Source: Neoechinorhynchus agilis (Eukaryota > Animalia > Acanthocephala). From it: a stretch of DNA of 64,000 nt. The number at the start of each line of letters is the position of its first letter. The first letter of the stretch is position 1. Location of the stretch: positions 14,176,784 through 14,240,783 of the forward strand of contig CM121341.1 in the NCBI GenBank assembly GCA_051530055.1, read 5' to 3'. This document shows, piece by piece, positions 13,066-26,219 of the stretch. The translations under genes were made by a program, and so were the position numbers. Under the pieces are notes generated by a model. The model ran no database searches. It worked only from the letters and a program-made list of their open reading frames with translations, and was not told where the DNA came from.

Positions 13066-14523
13066 ACGTTTACTTGGAGCAAATATTCAAAATCCGTTCT
13101 ACACTCTCTCTGTACTTTTCAATGTTTTCTTTGCTTTCAACCTTATCGAACAGCTGAGTGATTGCCTTTCGATATGCCCCTTCAACTTTCTCTTTTCCTT
13201 TTGTTGGCAACTTTGACCGCGACAGCATTTCAGTTAACGTCTTTTTTGTTTCACTCGACTCCCAGTAATACCTTTCCCAGTCTTCTGGACACTTCGTATC
13301 CTCCCACGCCTCTCTTTTCTACATTAACAAGTTACTGCCATCATAGATAAAAATGACCTACAATGCATTCATTATAAACGACGTCGAGTAGATATTTTGC
13401 GTAATCATAATTTTGATTGCGGTATGGGCACTTATCCGCTGTTATAGATAAGCGACCGGTCTTTGGCTCATATCGATCCGGCCCAAGTAAACGAATCAGC
13501 TTATCACGTGATCGCCCACTTAATTGAAGAACTTCTAATTTAACCTGAACAAGTAATTCTTTATTAGACTGATAAAAAAGAAGTGCCCGAATTTAATAAC
13601 TGAAGTTTTAGAATGAACAATAACCAGTTGCAGTTCAATGGAATACGCTCAACATCAAACTTGGAATGAGGAATATCAGGTTCCAATCAAACATGAACAC
13701 AAAACGAATGCATTATTTGCTTCAAAACAACAACCATTAATTCAAGGCATGCATCATCAAGCTTAATCATAAATGCACGAATACGGTACTTTGATCATGA
13801 TCACACAAATACAGTGGCAACGTTAAAAGGGAGCCGAGTAGTTCGCGCGTTCAAAATGCGCTCGATATGTCGATGGTTCAAATCCACTGGTCGCTGGGTT
13901 CCACGGGGGTTGCGAGGCTACTGGAAGGGTCGGGGTCAGGTTTTACATCACCCATCGGTCCCAGAAGAGGGTTGGCCTTGTCCCTTCGAATGCGGCTGAG
14001 CGCATCCGAAGTGTGCTAGTTAGCCGAGAAGCTCCCAAAGAATATGTAGCCGAAAAGTTCCCAAAGACAGTCGTGAGACCCTGTGTGCATGCGATTAAGA
14101 TAAATAACGTTAAAAGGGTTACCACGACGCAACTTTTGTTTCAAGCTTCAAAACTACCACAATTTAAGATAACATGGATTAACTTCTTTTGAGCTTCTTA
14201 TACGCGATCCTCTTGAGATTATATGAAATCAAAACATACTATCCTAAGCATTCTACCCGAATGCATCAGAATGACATTGTTAAAAACACGACGAACATCA
14301 TGCGTTCGAAAACGACGATACTGCTCTAACTTTGTCTGAACGATTACACTGATAATTAAAGATGTTGACACTTAATGCACCGTTTTTTCGTTAAACATTT
14401 TGTTTGAGTATATTACATTACAAGGTTCAACAATGCAAGTAATCCCGATCATTGGGTGGTGTGTTTTAAATGGAGTATGCGTTTTAAAATTAGTTAAAAA
14501 TTATTTGTTTTATGTAAAAATTC

Positions 14524-15010
14524 TTAAAGACTGAAACTAACCGATATTTTTACGATTCGGGAGCGTTCATCCCGGATTGAGCACGAAGATTGAACATAGT
14601 CAACTGTTTCTACGTCTACGGGCATAAGGGCGTGTCTCATATCAGGATCCTTTAGTTCCACTGGAAACTCAGTGCAGAACTCTACAATTGAGCACGACCT
14701 TTTCCGAGAGAAAAACCCGCTTACTTTTAATGGCGGAGCAGTGTTTTTGCACATGAGTTGGAGTTAGATGAAGAAAGTTGGGAATCTTCATGAGTTCGGT
14801 ATTACCGTTTTTATCCGGAACGACTCCTTCATTGTCAAGCATTGACGTAACCATTCCTTGCCTTATAGGCATTGGAACGACCGATGATTTGAAACACTGT
14901 GCGTGTGGCCATACGTTAGTCCATTCTTGGTCAAGTCGCATTTGTTTGTAGCGGGGAATTCGCGGCTGGAAACCAACATTTTAGTACTTTGAGAGCTATA
15001 GATGGGCTTT
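14524..15010 (-). CDS. MRPS35: Mitochondrial ribosomal protein S35 (internal exons)
   Basis: MRLDQEWTNVWP...FKSSVVPMPIRQG...GNTELMKIPNFLHLTP..VQKHC..IK, then a 43-nt GT-AG intron (14682-14724), then FCTEFP...P.DVETVDYV.S..SIRDERSRIV. Confidence 0.9.
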
Positions 15011-16407
15011 TTACCTGTCGTTCGGGTTTTCTCTTAATTTCGTTTTGAATCCTTCCTCTGCCTACATTAAATACCCTAAACTCTTAAAAAACGTTATCGA
15101 CGATGTAGCAAATATAGAATAGCGTTCAGCGCGTTTAATCCACTGAAATTTTTTTGATCAACTACAAAATGTAGAAAATCTCATTAGGCTTTAAAAATCT
15201 ACATTAAATTTTACTAAAAAAATTAACTCTAAAGATGCTCTCCGTAGTTTGTTTTGATGAGGGCGAGATATTTTCTTGCGCACTACAGTCTTTTAATTTT
15301 AGCTTCATTTTAAGCTATAAGATCATTCACACTACCGCTCTGGATCATTCAGATGTTTTATCAAATATCTTATCCGCGTAAATTAAATTTGAATTACTTT
15401 TATTCATTTCGCCATCATTACGAACGAAAAGTTAACGTGAATTCAAAGGAAAGACTCTACGGTTCCCCAACGTTCAAATATGTTTGCAATCATTGGATAA
15501 TTTACGATCTTTTCGGGCAATTGTCAATTTGTTTAAAGTTTTGAGCTACACGGCAGACTTATTAACGAGCCTCGTTCAAATGATTCAACCTACGACGCGC
15601 ATTTCATCTTGGATCTTAAAGTCAGGTCTCGTTGATCTTCTGCTCGCGTAGATCTGCCATCTAATGAATCATATACCTTTGCATTCATGTTCTCAAGCTC
15701 ACGAATTTAGTTACGGCAACTGCAAGAGGGAATTGGTATTTTATGTAATCGAAACGGCTATTCCGCTGGCTTACTCGCACCTGCTTTCAAATGAGGCATT
15801 TTAAATCGTAATCGAATTTATGCGCACATCCCAATAACTACGTTAAAGTTTCAAAGGAATTAGAAATTGATCCCAATTATTACTTTTGACTACATACCAT
15901 TAACAGTAGAGCTTATAAACCGTCTTATCATTTTCACAGAAAAATAATTTAAACCACTTTTTTTAAACATCTTAGATGATGTCACCATTTTTTAATATTC
16001 TTCCGGTACCCGACCGCACTTTCGTTACACCCAGCTTAATTATTCTTCCGCGTTCGAAGCGCAGTTTTTAATAGTAAAATATAACGCAAAATTTGGAAGA
16101 ACAAAATTTCTAAAAGTATCGATCGCTCTATGAATCGATCATTGAATTCCAAGGTAACTTGTACATTATTGTATGAATTCAGAGAAAAATGATTGAAATG
16201 TCTTCCGTGTTATGACGTGTATATATTTTGTTGACCTTTCGCGCATCCTCGTCGAAAACTGCCCATTGGTCGCCGATACCTGGTCATCTCTTTCTTTTGA
16301 GCTTTGTTAGCCCGGAAATTTCTAGTCGCTATTGCCTATTGCTGTATCTAATAACCGTTGAAAACATGCGATCTATCAATGATCAATGTTACATTCTCAA
16401 TTTTAAG

Positions 16408-18093
16408 ATGCCATCGGGCCGTCGATCGAACCGAAAAGCAAAGCCGCAACAGTTAATGTTATCATCAAAACGTCTAGGTCCAAGGAGTCCAAAAACCCCG
16501 GAGTCGGTGTCGCCATCCCGCGCTGTCAAACGCGTTCGCCATTCCAAGAAGGCTACAGTCGATGAATCTCCATCGCCACCAACAGCTACTCTTCCACCGA
16601 CCAACAACGATTCGATGATAGTCAATGTGTCCAATAATGTCGCGGAGCATCCATTAGACGAAAGCCTGAACGAGCCGACTCTCTGCTGCACTCATCTTCT
16701 GGTTCCATTATCTCCAACGGGCTGTTACGGTGGCGAAGACCTGGCTTCCCTTCGACACAAGATCGTTGATTCCCGATTCATCCCAACGCCTACTCGTCAC
16801 ATTCCTCAGCCTTTTGGAACTGTTACCCTTGATCTTGATCTGAGTGGCGCAGGTGAGTTGTTGGCAGTTGGTGACAATGGCACCGGTCAACTTGGCCTTG
16901 GTAGTTCGATATTCCAGCGAAAAAACCCACAATTGATCGCTTCACTTGGCTCAAGTGTCGTACAGGCGTGTGCTGGAGGAATGCATTCACTTGCATTGGA
17001 CATTAATGGCGTAGTATTTTCTTGGGGTTGTAACGATGACTTTGCACTTGGAAGAAGTACTGATGACTCTGAAGAGTCGGAATATACGCCTACTCGAGTG
17101 CAGCTCCCTCGTCGTGCTGTCCAAATAAGCGCTGGGGATTCTCATTCCGCGGCGCTGTTATGCGACGGGACTGTATTTGCTTGGGGAACATTTAGAGACA
17201 CGAATGGCGCAATTGGACTTCATCGGGAAAAAATAAAAGAACGCAAACCAATCCATGTGGATCTTGGAGAGCATGTTGTTAAGATCGCCTCCGGTGGTGA
17301 TCATCTTGCACTTTTGTCGGTTTCAGCTCGGGTTTATACTCTTGGTGGAGCAGAACAAGGACAATTAGGAAGAGTCGGAAAACAAATGAGTTCAAGTGGT
17401 GGACGTAGACAAGGGATTAATCGACTTTTAACTCCGCAGTTCATACGTAGTCAACATTTTAAGGGTATAAAGTCTACCTGCCGGTTCTGTGATGTCTGGT
17501 GTGGAAACTATTCCACTTTTGTGAAAACTCAGCATTCTTATCATATTTTAGCTTCAGGACTTAATAATTATTTCCAACTTGGCCATGTTTCGGATGAGAA
17601 TCAATATACACTCGTGCCTTCTGGGTTTCACGAAAAGCAGAATATTGTTAAAGTTGCGCCAGGGATTCATCATAGTATTGCTCTTGACTCGGATGGAAAG
17701 GTCTATGCGATGGGAAGACCTGAGTATGGGCGACTTGGACTTGGACTTGATTCCGGCATTATAATGGAGCCGACAAAAATTACTGGAGCCTTGGATGATG
17801 TTAATGATCCCGTGGTAGATATTGCGTCCGGCACGAGTGTGTCGTTTGCAGTTACCAAAAGCGGGCGCGTTTATAGCTGGGGAATGGGAGTTAATCTTCA
17901 AACTGGACATGGAGATGGCGATGTGGAGTATCCAACGCTCGTTCAAAGCAAACAAATTGACCTTAGGGATGTACTAAGCGTTAGCGCAGGTGGACAACAT
18001 ACACTTTTTATTGCGAGGCTTAAGAAAGATGAAATTGAGAATACTAATGTGGTTGTGGTGTCAGAGAACGGAAAGCCAGCAGGAAGTGATTAG
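16408..18093 (+). CDS. RCC1: Regulator of chromosome condensation 1 (Ran GEF), intronless
   Basis: Seven RCC1 repeats (GDNGTGQLGLG, GGMHS, SWGCNDDFALGR, ISAGDSHS, GGAEQGQLGR, GLNNYFQLG, GRPEYGRLGLG, AGGQH) and a basic N-terminal tail. Start taken at ATG 16408. Confidence 0.92.
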   Translation: MPSGRRSNRKAKPQQLMLSSKRLGPRSPKTPESVSPSRAVKRVRHSKKATVDESPSPPTATLPPTNNDSMIVNVSNNVAEHPLDESLNEPTLCCTHLLVPLSPTGCYGGEDLASLRHKIVDSRFIPTPTRHIPQPFGTVTLDLDLSGAGELLAVGDNGTGQLGLGSSIFQRKNPQLIASLGSSVVQACAGGMHSLALDINGVVFSWGCNDDFALGRSTDDSEESEYTPTRVQLPRRAVQISAGDSHSAALLCDGTVFAWGTFRDTNGAIGLHREKIKERKPIHVDLGEHVVKIASGGDHLALLSVSARVYTLGGAEQGQLGRVGKQMSSSGGRRQGINRLLTPQFIRSQHFKGIKSTCRFCDVWCGNYSTFVKTQHSYHILASGLNNYFQLGHVSDENQYTLVPSGFHEKQNIVKVAPGIHHSIALDSDGKVYAMGRPEYGRLGLGLDSGIIMEPTKITGALDDVNDPVVDIASGTSVSFAVTKSGRVYSWGMGVNLQTGHGDGDVEYPTLVQSKQIDLRDVLSVSAGGQHTLFIARLKKDEIENTNVVVVSENGKPAGSD

Positions 18094-18722
18094 AAGAGTT
18101 GATAAACTCTGTGTGTGTATTAGTGAGAGAACGTATGAATGTGATTGTCAACAACGGCTGGTAAATCTAAACGGGGTTAGAAACGTATGCTTGACTTGCT
18201 AATGATTAGTCTTAAGATAAAACAGGTATCAACGTAAAGCAACCTTAGGCCATGCTACGTCTTTATGGATACCTTGAAAGGCACGTAAAATACATTGCAC
18301 CTCATCACAGCGATATTTGTTTGAAGCGAACTTTAGACCTTTCAATAGGAGCATTTCATTTCTATTGTTCAAACGTGTAAAAACTGCACGCAAGGAGGTG
18401 TACGTAAGCACGTTAAATGCGATTTCTTATGCATATCGAATTCAAACTATGAAGTTTTAACATGTTCAAATAACAGAAATTGATTGTTTTTGTTAAAATT
18501 AATAAAAATAGCCAAAAGTGAAATTTGTTTTAAAGTTTACATGAAAATATATCAGGCGAGATAATGTTTTTTAGAATGCGATTAAATTATGATGAATTTT
18601 CGATCAGAAATACCCAAAATTGCATTTAGATATCTTTTACGGACATAAGTTGATGAAATACTAAAGATAAGAACAACAACCATAAATGGCACATGCGGCT
18701 AAAATCATATTTAAAAGTAGGT

Positions 18723-19445
18723 TGTTTGTTCAAAAATTGAAATACGAATAACTCAGGAACTATGACAGCTATCGCAAATCTAAATACAGTTTTGGAATCA
18801 GCGAATCGAGATGTACTCCAATTTCCCAAACGTAATTCATCCAATAATTGTTAATAATATACTTAATTGGATAACACGAATCAATTCATTGGATCAGAAA
18901 TACCCACAATGACGTATAACGAAATACCAGATTAAATGCTTTATTCATTAAATTCAGGTGTCTTCTCTGAACCAGAATCGATGAAGCAATAGAAGAGATA
19001 AAAATAAAAACCCAAAACGGTATATGCAGCTGAAACGAACCTTAAAAGTTGATTTAGATAATGTAATTTAATTGGCAATGACAAATGTTTGTTCAAAAAT
19101 TGAAATACGAATAACTCAGGAACTATGACAGCTATCGCAAATCTAAATACAGTTTTGGAATCAGCGAATCGAGATGTACTCCAATTTCGCAAACGTAATT
19201 CGTCCAATAATTGTTAATAATATACTTAATTGGATAACACGAATCAATTCATTGGGTCAGAAATACCCACAATGACGTATAACGAAATACCAGATTAAAT
19301 GCTTTATTCATTAAATTCAGGTGTCTTCTATGGACCAGAATCGATAAAATAATAGAAGAGATAAAAATAAAAACCCAAAACGGTATATGCAGCTGAAACG
19401 AACCTAAAATGTTGATTTAGATAATGTAATTTAATTGGCAATGGC
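18723..19445. repeat. 363-bp direct tandem duplication
   Basis: tgtttgttcaaaaattg starts at 18723 and again at 19086; the units are nearly identical. Confidence 0.92.
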
Positions 19446-19524
19446 AACAATCGATTGCCAATTAAATTACCTTAAATATCATTGTTTGACGACTAACGAT
19501 TCGTCACAAAAATTTGCTTTTTAA

Positions 19525-20456
19525 TCACGAGTAATCAACAGACGAACATTCTGCGTTTTGCTCTTTTTCCCCCACATCGGGTACATGCCTTCCTTCCATA
19601 ACGTGGAATATCAACTCTCCATATCTTTTATATTGAAGGATGATATCCATTAAATTTTTGAACGTGGCATTAACCACATTGATCCCGTTTACTCCAATTA
19701 CGTACGAATAAGGTTTAACACCCGCCCGGCTCGAAGCAGAATCCTCATCAACTTCTAAGATGACATGAGGAGGCTGCTTACATTCTTTAAGTTTAATCCC
19801 TATCTTTTCACTATCCTTAATCCCGCTAATCACATAATTCTGCACAACTCCATGCTTCCAAGTTAATCCCTTTTCCCGTGGTCCACCCCATGGTTGTTGT
19901 TCTTGTTCCGGGCCGCTACTGTTCGCTACAGATCGAAGAACTTTAATCTTTATATGACCGGTTGCTTGTGCCTTTTTTAAAATACCGAACGAGGTTCTAT
20001 AGTCATGCAGAAATAAGGGTTCGTCATTTATTTCCACTATACGATCGCCGACTTTTAATCCGGCTCGACTTGCCGGTGAATTGACGTCTACACTTTGGAT
20101 CGTTAGTTGAGTGTCCAACTTTATCCCAACATTGGGAGACCGCTCGTTCAGATCGATGTTTATCTGGAACTCTTCTAAAAGCGTAGAACATGAAACGCTG
20201 ATGGATGACAGTGACTATTTCTTCTTGGCTCGATTGATGAATTGTGGCATACATCATCTAGTACAGCGAACCCAAGCAATGTATCGCTCTGCAATTTTTC
20301 CAACTCACGAAAATATGAGGTGTTTAAACACGGATTTAAGGACCAATGTGGGGGTTTAAATTTTATTAGAAAAATCATTATCACCTTCAGTTCGCAATAG
20401 CTTCCGTTTGGCAAAATATATTTAAATGTATAAACCTCTTCTTTAGGGGCATCCAA
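19525..20456 (-). CDS. Two-PDZ-domain protein (NHERF/PDZK1-like)
   Basis: PNVGIKL..IQSVDVNSPASRAGLKVGDRIVEIN and KIGIKL...VDEDSASSRAGVK...VIGVNG. The upstream exon from 20456 is inferred. Confidence 0.8.
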
Positions 20457-20898
20457 AGCGCCGTCTAGACTATTTTATGCCACATCGAAACCAACGAAAT
20501 TTAACATTTTACAGTTGCCAAATCTCTGGATTTAAATCGTTTTATCGAATCTTCCACGTTGGAATTACTGTAATGCACCGTATATCAAAGGCCGTGTATG
20601 GAAAAGCATCTATCAAAAGGACTACCGGCTGAGTCGCATATAAAAATTCTAAAAATTCATCTTGTGACCTTTAAAACAGCTTAGAATGCCCGTCCTGCTT
20701 TTCATAAAGAACTGAATGCATTTGCACCCCTGTATGACTCCAATTCACATTTACCTTTGCTGCTTTTACACTTACCGTCCACGTCGGTGCCTTCTTTGCT
20801 GGCAATAATTTGAGGAATAGGCTCGTTTGCATCTCCATCCAAAAATATTCTTTTAATACCGAAAGTGAGGCACGACTTGTTTTTCGATATTGTGTCGA

Positions 20899-21729
20899 TT
20901 ATCTAAGTTTAAAAACAAATACAGAAACGTGATATTTCCATCCATTACCCACCTCTGAATGGTTCATCTCTTCAGTGTTTTGTCCGTTGACACTGACAAT
21001 AATGTCACCCTCCTCCATATCAGCTTCATGGGCAGGCAATCCAGGCGAAATCCGGTCGACCAAATGAAGAACTTTTAGTTTGCCATTGTTTGCCGATATG
21101 GACTTAAGAACAAGTCCAAGGGAGGCGTTCTTGTGGGCACTTATTTTGGCGTATATGAGTTTGGCTTCACTTCTCATTCCTACAGGTTAGGCGGAAGATA
21201 TTTTCGATGCTGCCACTCACACGTTCGTTATAGCACGTGCGATTATGCTCAACTCACTTTGAATGTTCTCTGCATCCCAAAGATTTTCTACATCCACCTT
21301 CTCCATAAAAGCATCATCGGTCTCATTTGATGTCTTTTCGGAGCATTTATTCGATCTACTTCGGGTATCATCGTTCTCTAAAGTCACTAAAATCACATAA
21401 TCGTATAATATTGGTCGTTTGAAACCTGTTTGACTGATCGTAAATCGATCGTTTTGAAGTACAGTCTGAGCATCTGTCCGCATTGGCTCTAAACTTCGCT
21501 TTTTCACACTTTGTTCTTTTAAACCACTGGTAGCGCTTGCAGCAGCAATCGGAGGAATATCTACGATTGCGAATTCCGTTGTTGGCGTTGGTGAAATTGC
21601 GCTCAATGTCTCGTTTGACACCACACAGGGACCACTAGTGTCGACACTTGTCAGATCTGAACTTAGCTCATCAGAGTTACTGGGACGAAGGCGGTAAATC
21701 ACTTCAGGCTCCGTTGTGCTGTCCTCCAC
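20899..21729 (-). CDS. PDZ-domain protein, at least two exons
   Basis: SLGLVL...LVDRISPGLPAHEADMEEGDIIVSVNGQN in ORF 20899-21177, preceded by the low-complexity ORF 21217-21729. The splice junction is not resolved. Confidence 0.7.
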
Positions 21730-23399
21730 TTCTAAAGCAAATTTTTAAAGACAAAAGATCTAACCCATGTTGCTTTTTCTTTTAATAAGAGTTTTGAAAT
21801 TACAGCGTAAATAATTGCTAGAAATTAGCTTTTGAAAGTGCATTAAAGATTTCAAAATCAGAGTCAAGTAGATGAGCAGCATTCAATGTTTTTTTAATTG
21901 GATTTGTCTTAGATACTCAAATATTCATCTCAAATATTCATGGTACTAAAAAACACTTCTTAAAAGGTCTAATAATCACTGCATCACTAAAGTCAAAGCG
22001 AAAACCCCAGTCACCGAACGGTCGGAAATTTTGAGAAAATAGCTTAAAACGTCTATTTTCGTTTTCATTAATTGGCATTAAGGATGATGGATAGTGATGC
22101 ATAATGAACAGAATACATGTGTTACTGCACTTCAGAGAGAACAGAACTAGAGGGCTTGTCTGAACGGTTCTTGCTTGAGGGAAGGAGCGAAAGGGGCATT
22201 GGAAAGCCGGATAATTATATCATTATTCTCTTCCAAATGACTCCAATTTTTGAGAAAATAAGAGCCTTTCATCCTACTTGCATTTTATTAGTACTAAAAA
22301 TCAAAATGTTGATATGTGAGGTGATGGGGCGCATGATTAGAAGTATTATTTAGGCCTTCACCAGGTAAATAATCTTTTATTAAAAACGTTCCGAACCTTA
22401 TTTTGGTACTAAAAATCATTCAGTAAAAGATCCGGAACCACTCGGAAACAAATTATAAAAAGGTGACTACGTTAATTTCGTAAACGAAAATCTAAATAAA
22501 TTTTATCGGTGACCATGTACATTATTTTCCAAAGTACATATAATAAATATCCTATGTTAACATTTCAGGTATAGAAAAAGTGCATCTAAAGCCAACATTC
22601 CCATTAAACAATCGAAGGCATTCCGCAAAACGTCTCTTTGTCGGAGATGAAATTACAACATGGAAAAACAGACATTCTCTCCTTTAAGCTCGGTGATAAA
22701 TGACATTCAGAATTAGCCACATATCAGCATATGAAGGCGGTATCACATTTTGCTCTCAAAAACGTCGATCCACTTCATTTACTTTTTTTAACGAACAAAA
22801 AATATACAGTTCTCTAATACGTGTATAGAATACATCGATTCTTGACACATAGCTTACGCAAAAAATAAATTTACATTCCGGCCGTATGATCTTGACCATC
22901 TAGATGTGATTTGTGAACATTTAGGCGAAAAATATCTTTACACTTTGTACAATCGTACTACTGATTCCTGGAAACGAGAGGCCTATAAAATTTGGCAAAT
23001 AACCGGCAGCGTTTGCATGTCCTTGGAGAAAATGGATAAGCTGTTAAAAATTTATTACCGAACAATCCGATGGTCAAAAACTCATAAAGCAATACTGATG
23101 AGTGTGGATGAACCCCTTGTCCCAGTGCACAACTACCGAATCCTAAATCTTGAATGATCACAACTTACCGTTGTCATTGCGTTGTGCGAATGCATCCTCG
23201 GGATTAGTTTCCAAATAATCTAAATTGCACTCATGCAGCCTTTCACTTGTCGCAAAATAGCTACTTACGTTGCAGGGGCTTCTTCGTTTTATCGCAATTC
23301 TCAGCATCATCCACAGAATGTTTTCCGAGTGAACACGGATTTGGGGCGTTTACATCGTTGGCTTAAAAAAGAACATGAATACGGAATCGTCTCTTAAAT

Positions 23400-24383
23400 T
23401 TACAATGAAAAATACGAACCGCTTGTATGATCTTTGTGGTGCTGAATATTGTCATTGATTTGCATGACTGAAGTTTGCTCTATATTTTGAGAAACGCTTT
23501 CTATTGGTTTTGCGGCTGACATCAACTGTAACCCATTTTTGAGGATTGGCTTACGATTTTGGCTTTTCAATTGTTGCGGTTGAATCGTTTCATGAACAGC
23601 GAGATCAATATTACGCGCTTTGAAAACGTCGTGTGTTAGATCATTCATGGATAATGACTTTATCCAACTTAGGTCTCCACCCAGCATAGTTTTCCTTGTT
23701 CGTTGAGAAATTGTGTGATACTCCACCCAGCCATGAGATGTATTGATTGGATTAACTTCTGGTTCTTGAACGAACTTCATATATTCGTATTTAGAGGATG
23801 GTTCTGGTATTGCAAGTGGCATAAGGTGGTGATTGTGCTGTTGTTGCAATTCCATGTCGTTTCCTTGAAGGATCAACTCACGTTTGTGAATACATACGTC
23901 GGAACTTAGTCTTTGACGGCTCTTTGGCTCACCCAAACTCTTAAAACTGTGAGATGGCTGAACGGAAGGCGCGACATATGAAGATTTGGTTTTTTTATTC
24001 TTTTGATGAGCGATTGGTTCGTATTGAGTGAGAATCGGTAATCCTTTGTACATTCGTTCTAGTAAACGCTGACGGGACGCAACGTACAATTTGATGGATT
24101 CAACTGGTCGGCTTTCGATTATTTGTCGAAGCTTCTCGAATGGATAGTTCATAACGATCTCGTGGTTGATCTGAACTATAGTATCGCCAGCTCGTATTCC
24201 TGACTGACATGAAACTGAGTTAGGTACGACTCCGGAGATTACGTTTCCAACTTCTGGATCAAATACCAGTTTCATTCCATACGCCGAAAATGAGTTTGAC
24301 TGACCTCCAGATGCAGATAATGCATTCAATTTTTCTAATGAAAAAGACGGATTGAGGTTAAAATGCATAGGGATCGTACTCAT
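23400..24383 (-). CDS. PDZ-domain protein
   Basis: AYGMKL...VISGVVPNSVSCQSGIRAGDTIVQINHE in a 327-aa ORF. Confidence 0.78.
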   Translation of the reverse strand: MSTIPMHFNLNPSFSLEKLNALSASGGQSNSFSAYGMKLVFDPEVGNVISGVVPNSVSCQSGIRAGDTIVQINHEIVMNYPFEKLRQIIESRPVESIKLYVASRQRLLERMYKGLPILTQYEPIAHQKNKKTKSSYVAPSVQPSHSFKSLGEPKSRQRLSSDVCIHKRELILQGNDMELQQQHNHHLMPLAIPEPSSKYEYMKFVQEPEVNPINTSHGWVEYHTISQRTRKTMLGGDLSWIKSLSMNDLTHDVFKARNIDLAVHETIQPQQLKSQNRKPILKNGLQLMSAAKPIESVSQNIEQTSVMQINDNIQHHKDHTSGSYFSL

Positions 24384-24590
24384 AAAATTTTAAGTGCTAA
24401 GATTTCGTTGAAATAAGTAATCAGCAATGCAAATAAAATTTTGATGAACATGTAGTCCACATTTAAAGCAGCTCGCTTCAAATAACACATTCAAAAATTG
24501 ATTTTCGCGATGCTTTGTTGATCATTTCAAGGTAAAAGTCTTCAAAAATCATCGCTTTTATAACGATAAGAAAATTTCAGCGCCTGGTAA

Positions 24591-25427
24591 TCACTGCGCA
24601 GTTGTATCCTTGCGCATACCTTTCCAACCCACCAAGCACTTACCTTTTGAGCCTATCTGAGCTGTGAATTGCCGCTGCGAATCAAGCTGCGTTCGGCTCC
24701 ATTGTTGTGTCAGTTCGTCTGTCCTTGGACACTTCATACTATGACTTCTTCTACAATTTCTCTTTTGTCCTGCGAATTTACTTGACAATCCAAGTCGCAC
24801 ATCTCCCTTCCTTGCTTCCGAGTGAAGCATTCGAAGGACACTAAGTACACCAGAAGATTTCACGTCGATATTATTGATGCTCAAAATCCGATCCCCGATC
24901 CCAGGGATGTTTTCAGATGTACCGCATCGGCGGATATCGGCAATTTCTACACCTTCTGCATCTCTTGATTTTGTCAAGGCAAGACCATTTAGCTGATTTT
25001 TGTCAAGTGGTTTAAATAAACAGGTTCTCATCGCCATTTCAAATTTAGCACCGAGTGTCGTAATGATAGTAACAACTCCGTCCTTGTGAACAAAAATTGC
25101 AGACGAGATAGCGTTTGTGGCTGTGCGAAAGGTGAATTTTCTTTTCTCACGGTAAATTATGGCGGCAGAGAGAATAGAGGTCAAAATTGTGGCTGAGATG
25201 TGCAGGTTGCTATCTCGTTGTTCTTGCCAAATATTACGAAATATGTTTTTGTATTTTAAACTCGAATGCGGAATCGCAATTCTTGGTTTTAGGTCGTATT
25301 TTTTCTTCGAAAATGAGGCAGCGTGAAAAACGAAGAATTGGTCACGCCGGAAAATTCGACCCGCATGCACACAATGCTTCATATTGAGCGAATTCATTAT
25401 GAGACATTTAAAAAAGAAATGTTTCAA
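24591..25427 (-). CDS. Divergent PDZ-domain protein
   Basis: LNGLAL...VEIADI...PGIGDRILSINNIDV.S...VLRML resembles a PDZ fold. Confidence 0.55.
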   Translation of the reverse strand: MKHFFFKCLIMNSLNMKHCVHAGRIFRRDQFFVFHAASFSKKKYDLKPRIAIPHSSLKYKNIFRNIWQEQRDSNLHISATILTSILSAAIIYREKRKFTFRTATNAISSAIFVHKDGVVTIITTLGAKFEMAMRTCLFKPLDKNQLNGLALTKSRDAEGVEIADIRRCGTSENIPGIGDRILSINNIDVKSSGVLSVLRMLHSEARKGDVRLGLSSKFAGQKRNCRRSHSMKCPRTDELTQQWSRTQLDSQRQFTAQIGSKGKCLVGWKGMRKDTTAQ

Positions 25428-26219
25428 GATTTAGTCAATCACAATTTTACAAAAGTCAAAGAACAAAAAATTCCACATGACACGGTTTTCACTATATGTA
25501 AAATCATTCATTTTGTAACTTTGTTTGGAAACCAAGAATTGTTACATTAATCTGTCATTTAGATTTAGTCGAATTCCTCAGCGGTGAAGTACGAGATTCT
25601 CGAGTTGATATTTATCGGCATGGCCAGATTATCAAACTTTTATAAAAGGGACATTCTTTACCGAGTTCATATTTTCTCTTATGATTTTCATTGTTTCCGT
25701 GCCATCAATATATTATCATCAGTATCCATTTAAGGAAGTTACTAATCAAGTACATTTGGTTAGCTACTTCGTTAAGACTGTTTTTCCAATTTAAAAGGTT
25801 GGAATTTTATTTTAGAAAATTTGTCAAAAGTTAAAATCATCCAATTTTGCTCAGGACAATTTTTCATGTTAATCAGCCAGAAATACTATCATTTTAAGCC
25901 AGTTTTATATTTTATAAAGTTGGAAAGTAATTTTCTAATATTTTGCAGCGCTCAAAGCAGTATCTTGTATATTTAGTCTTCCATATTTAACGATATATTT
26001 CGCGGGGAACGTTTAAACAATGTATCTCGAATGTAAAGTTAAGGAGACTTAAAGATTTATAAATTTGCTGTGATTTATAGAATTGAAAACAATATTTGCA
26101 AACATGCTTTCCAGTTGCTAAAATCACCGCGAAATGATTTTGCACATGTTCGATAAAGTAGTCTTTGATGTAACTCGGTTTTAACTATTTGTAAAATCAT
26201 TCATTTCCATTAATCAGAA

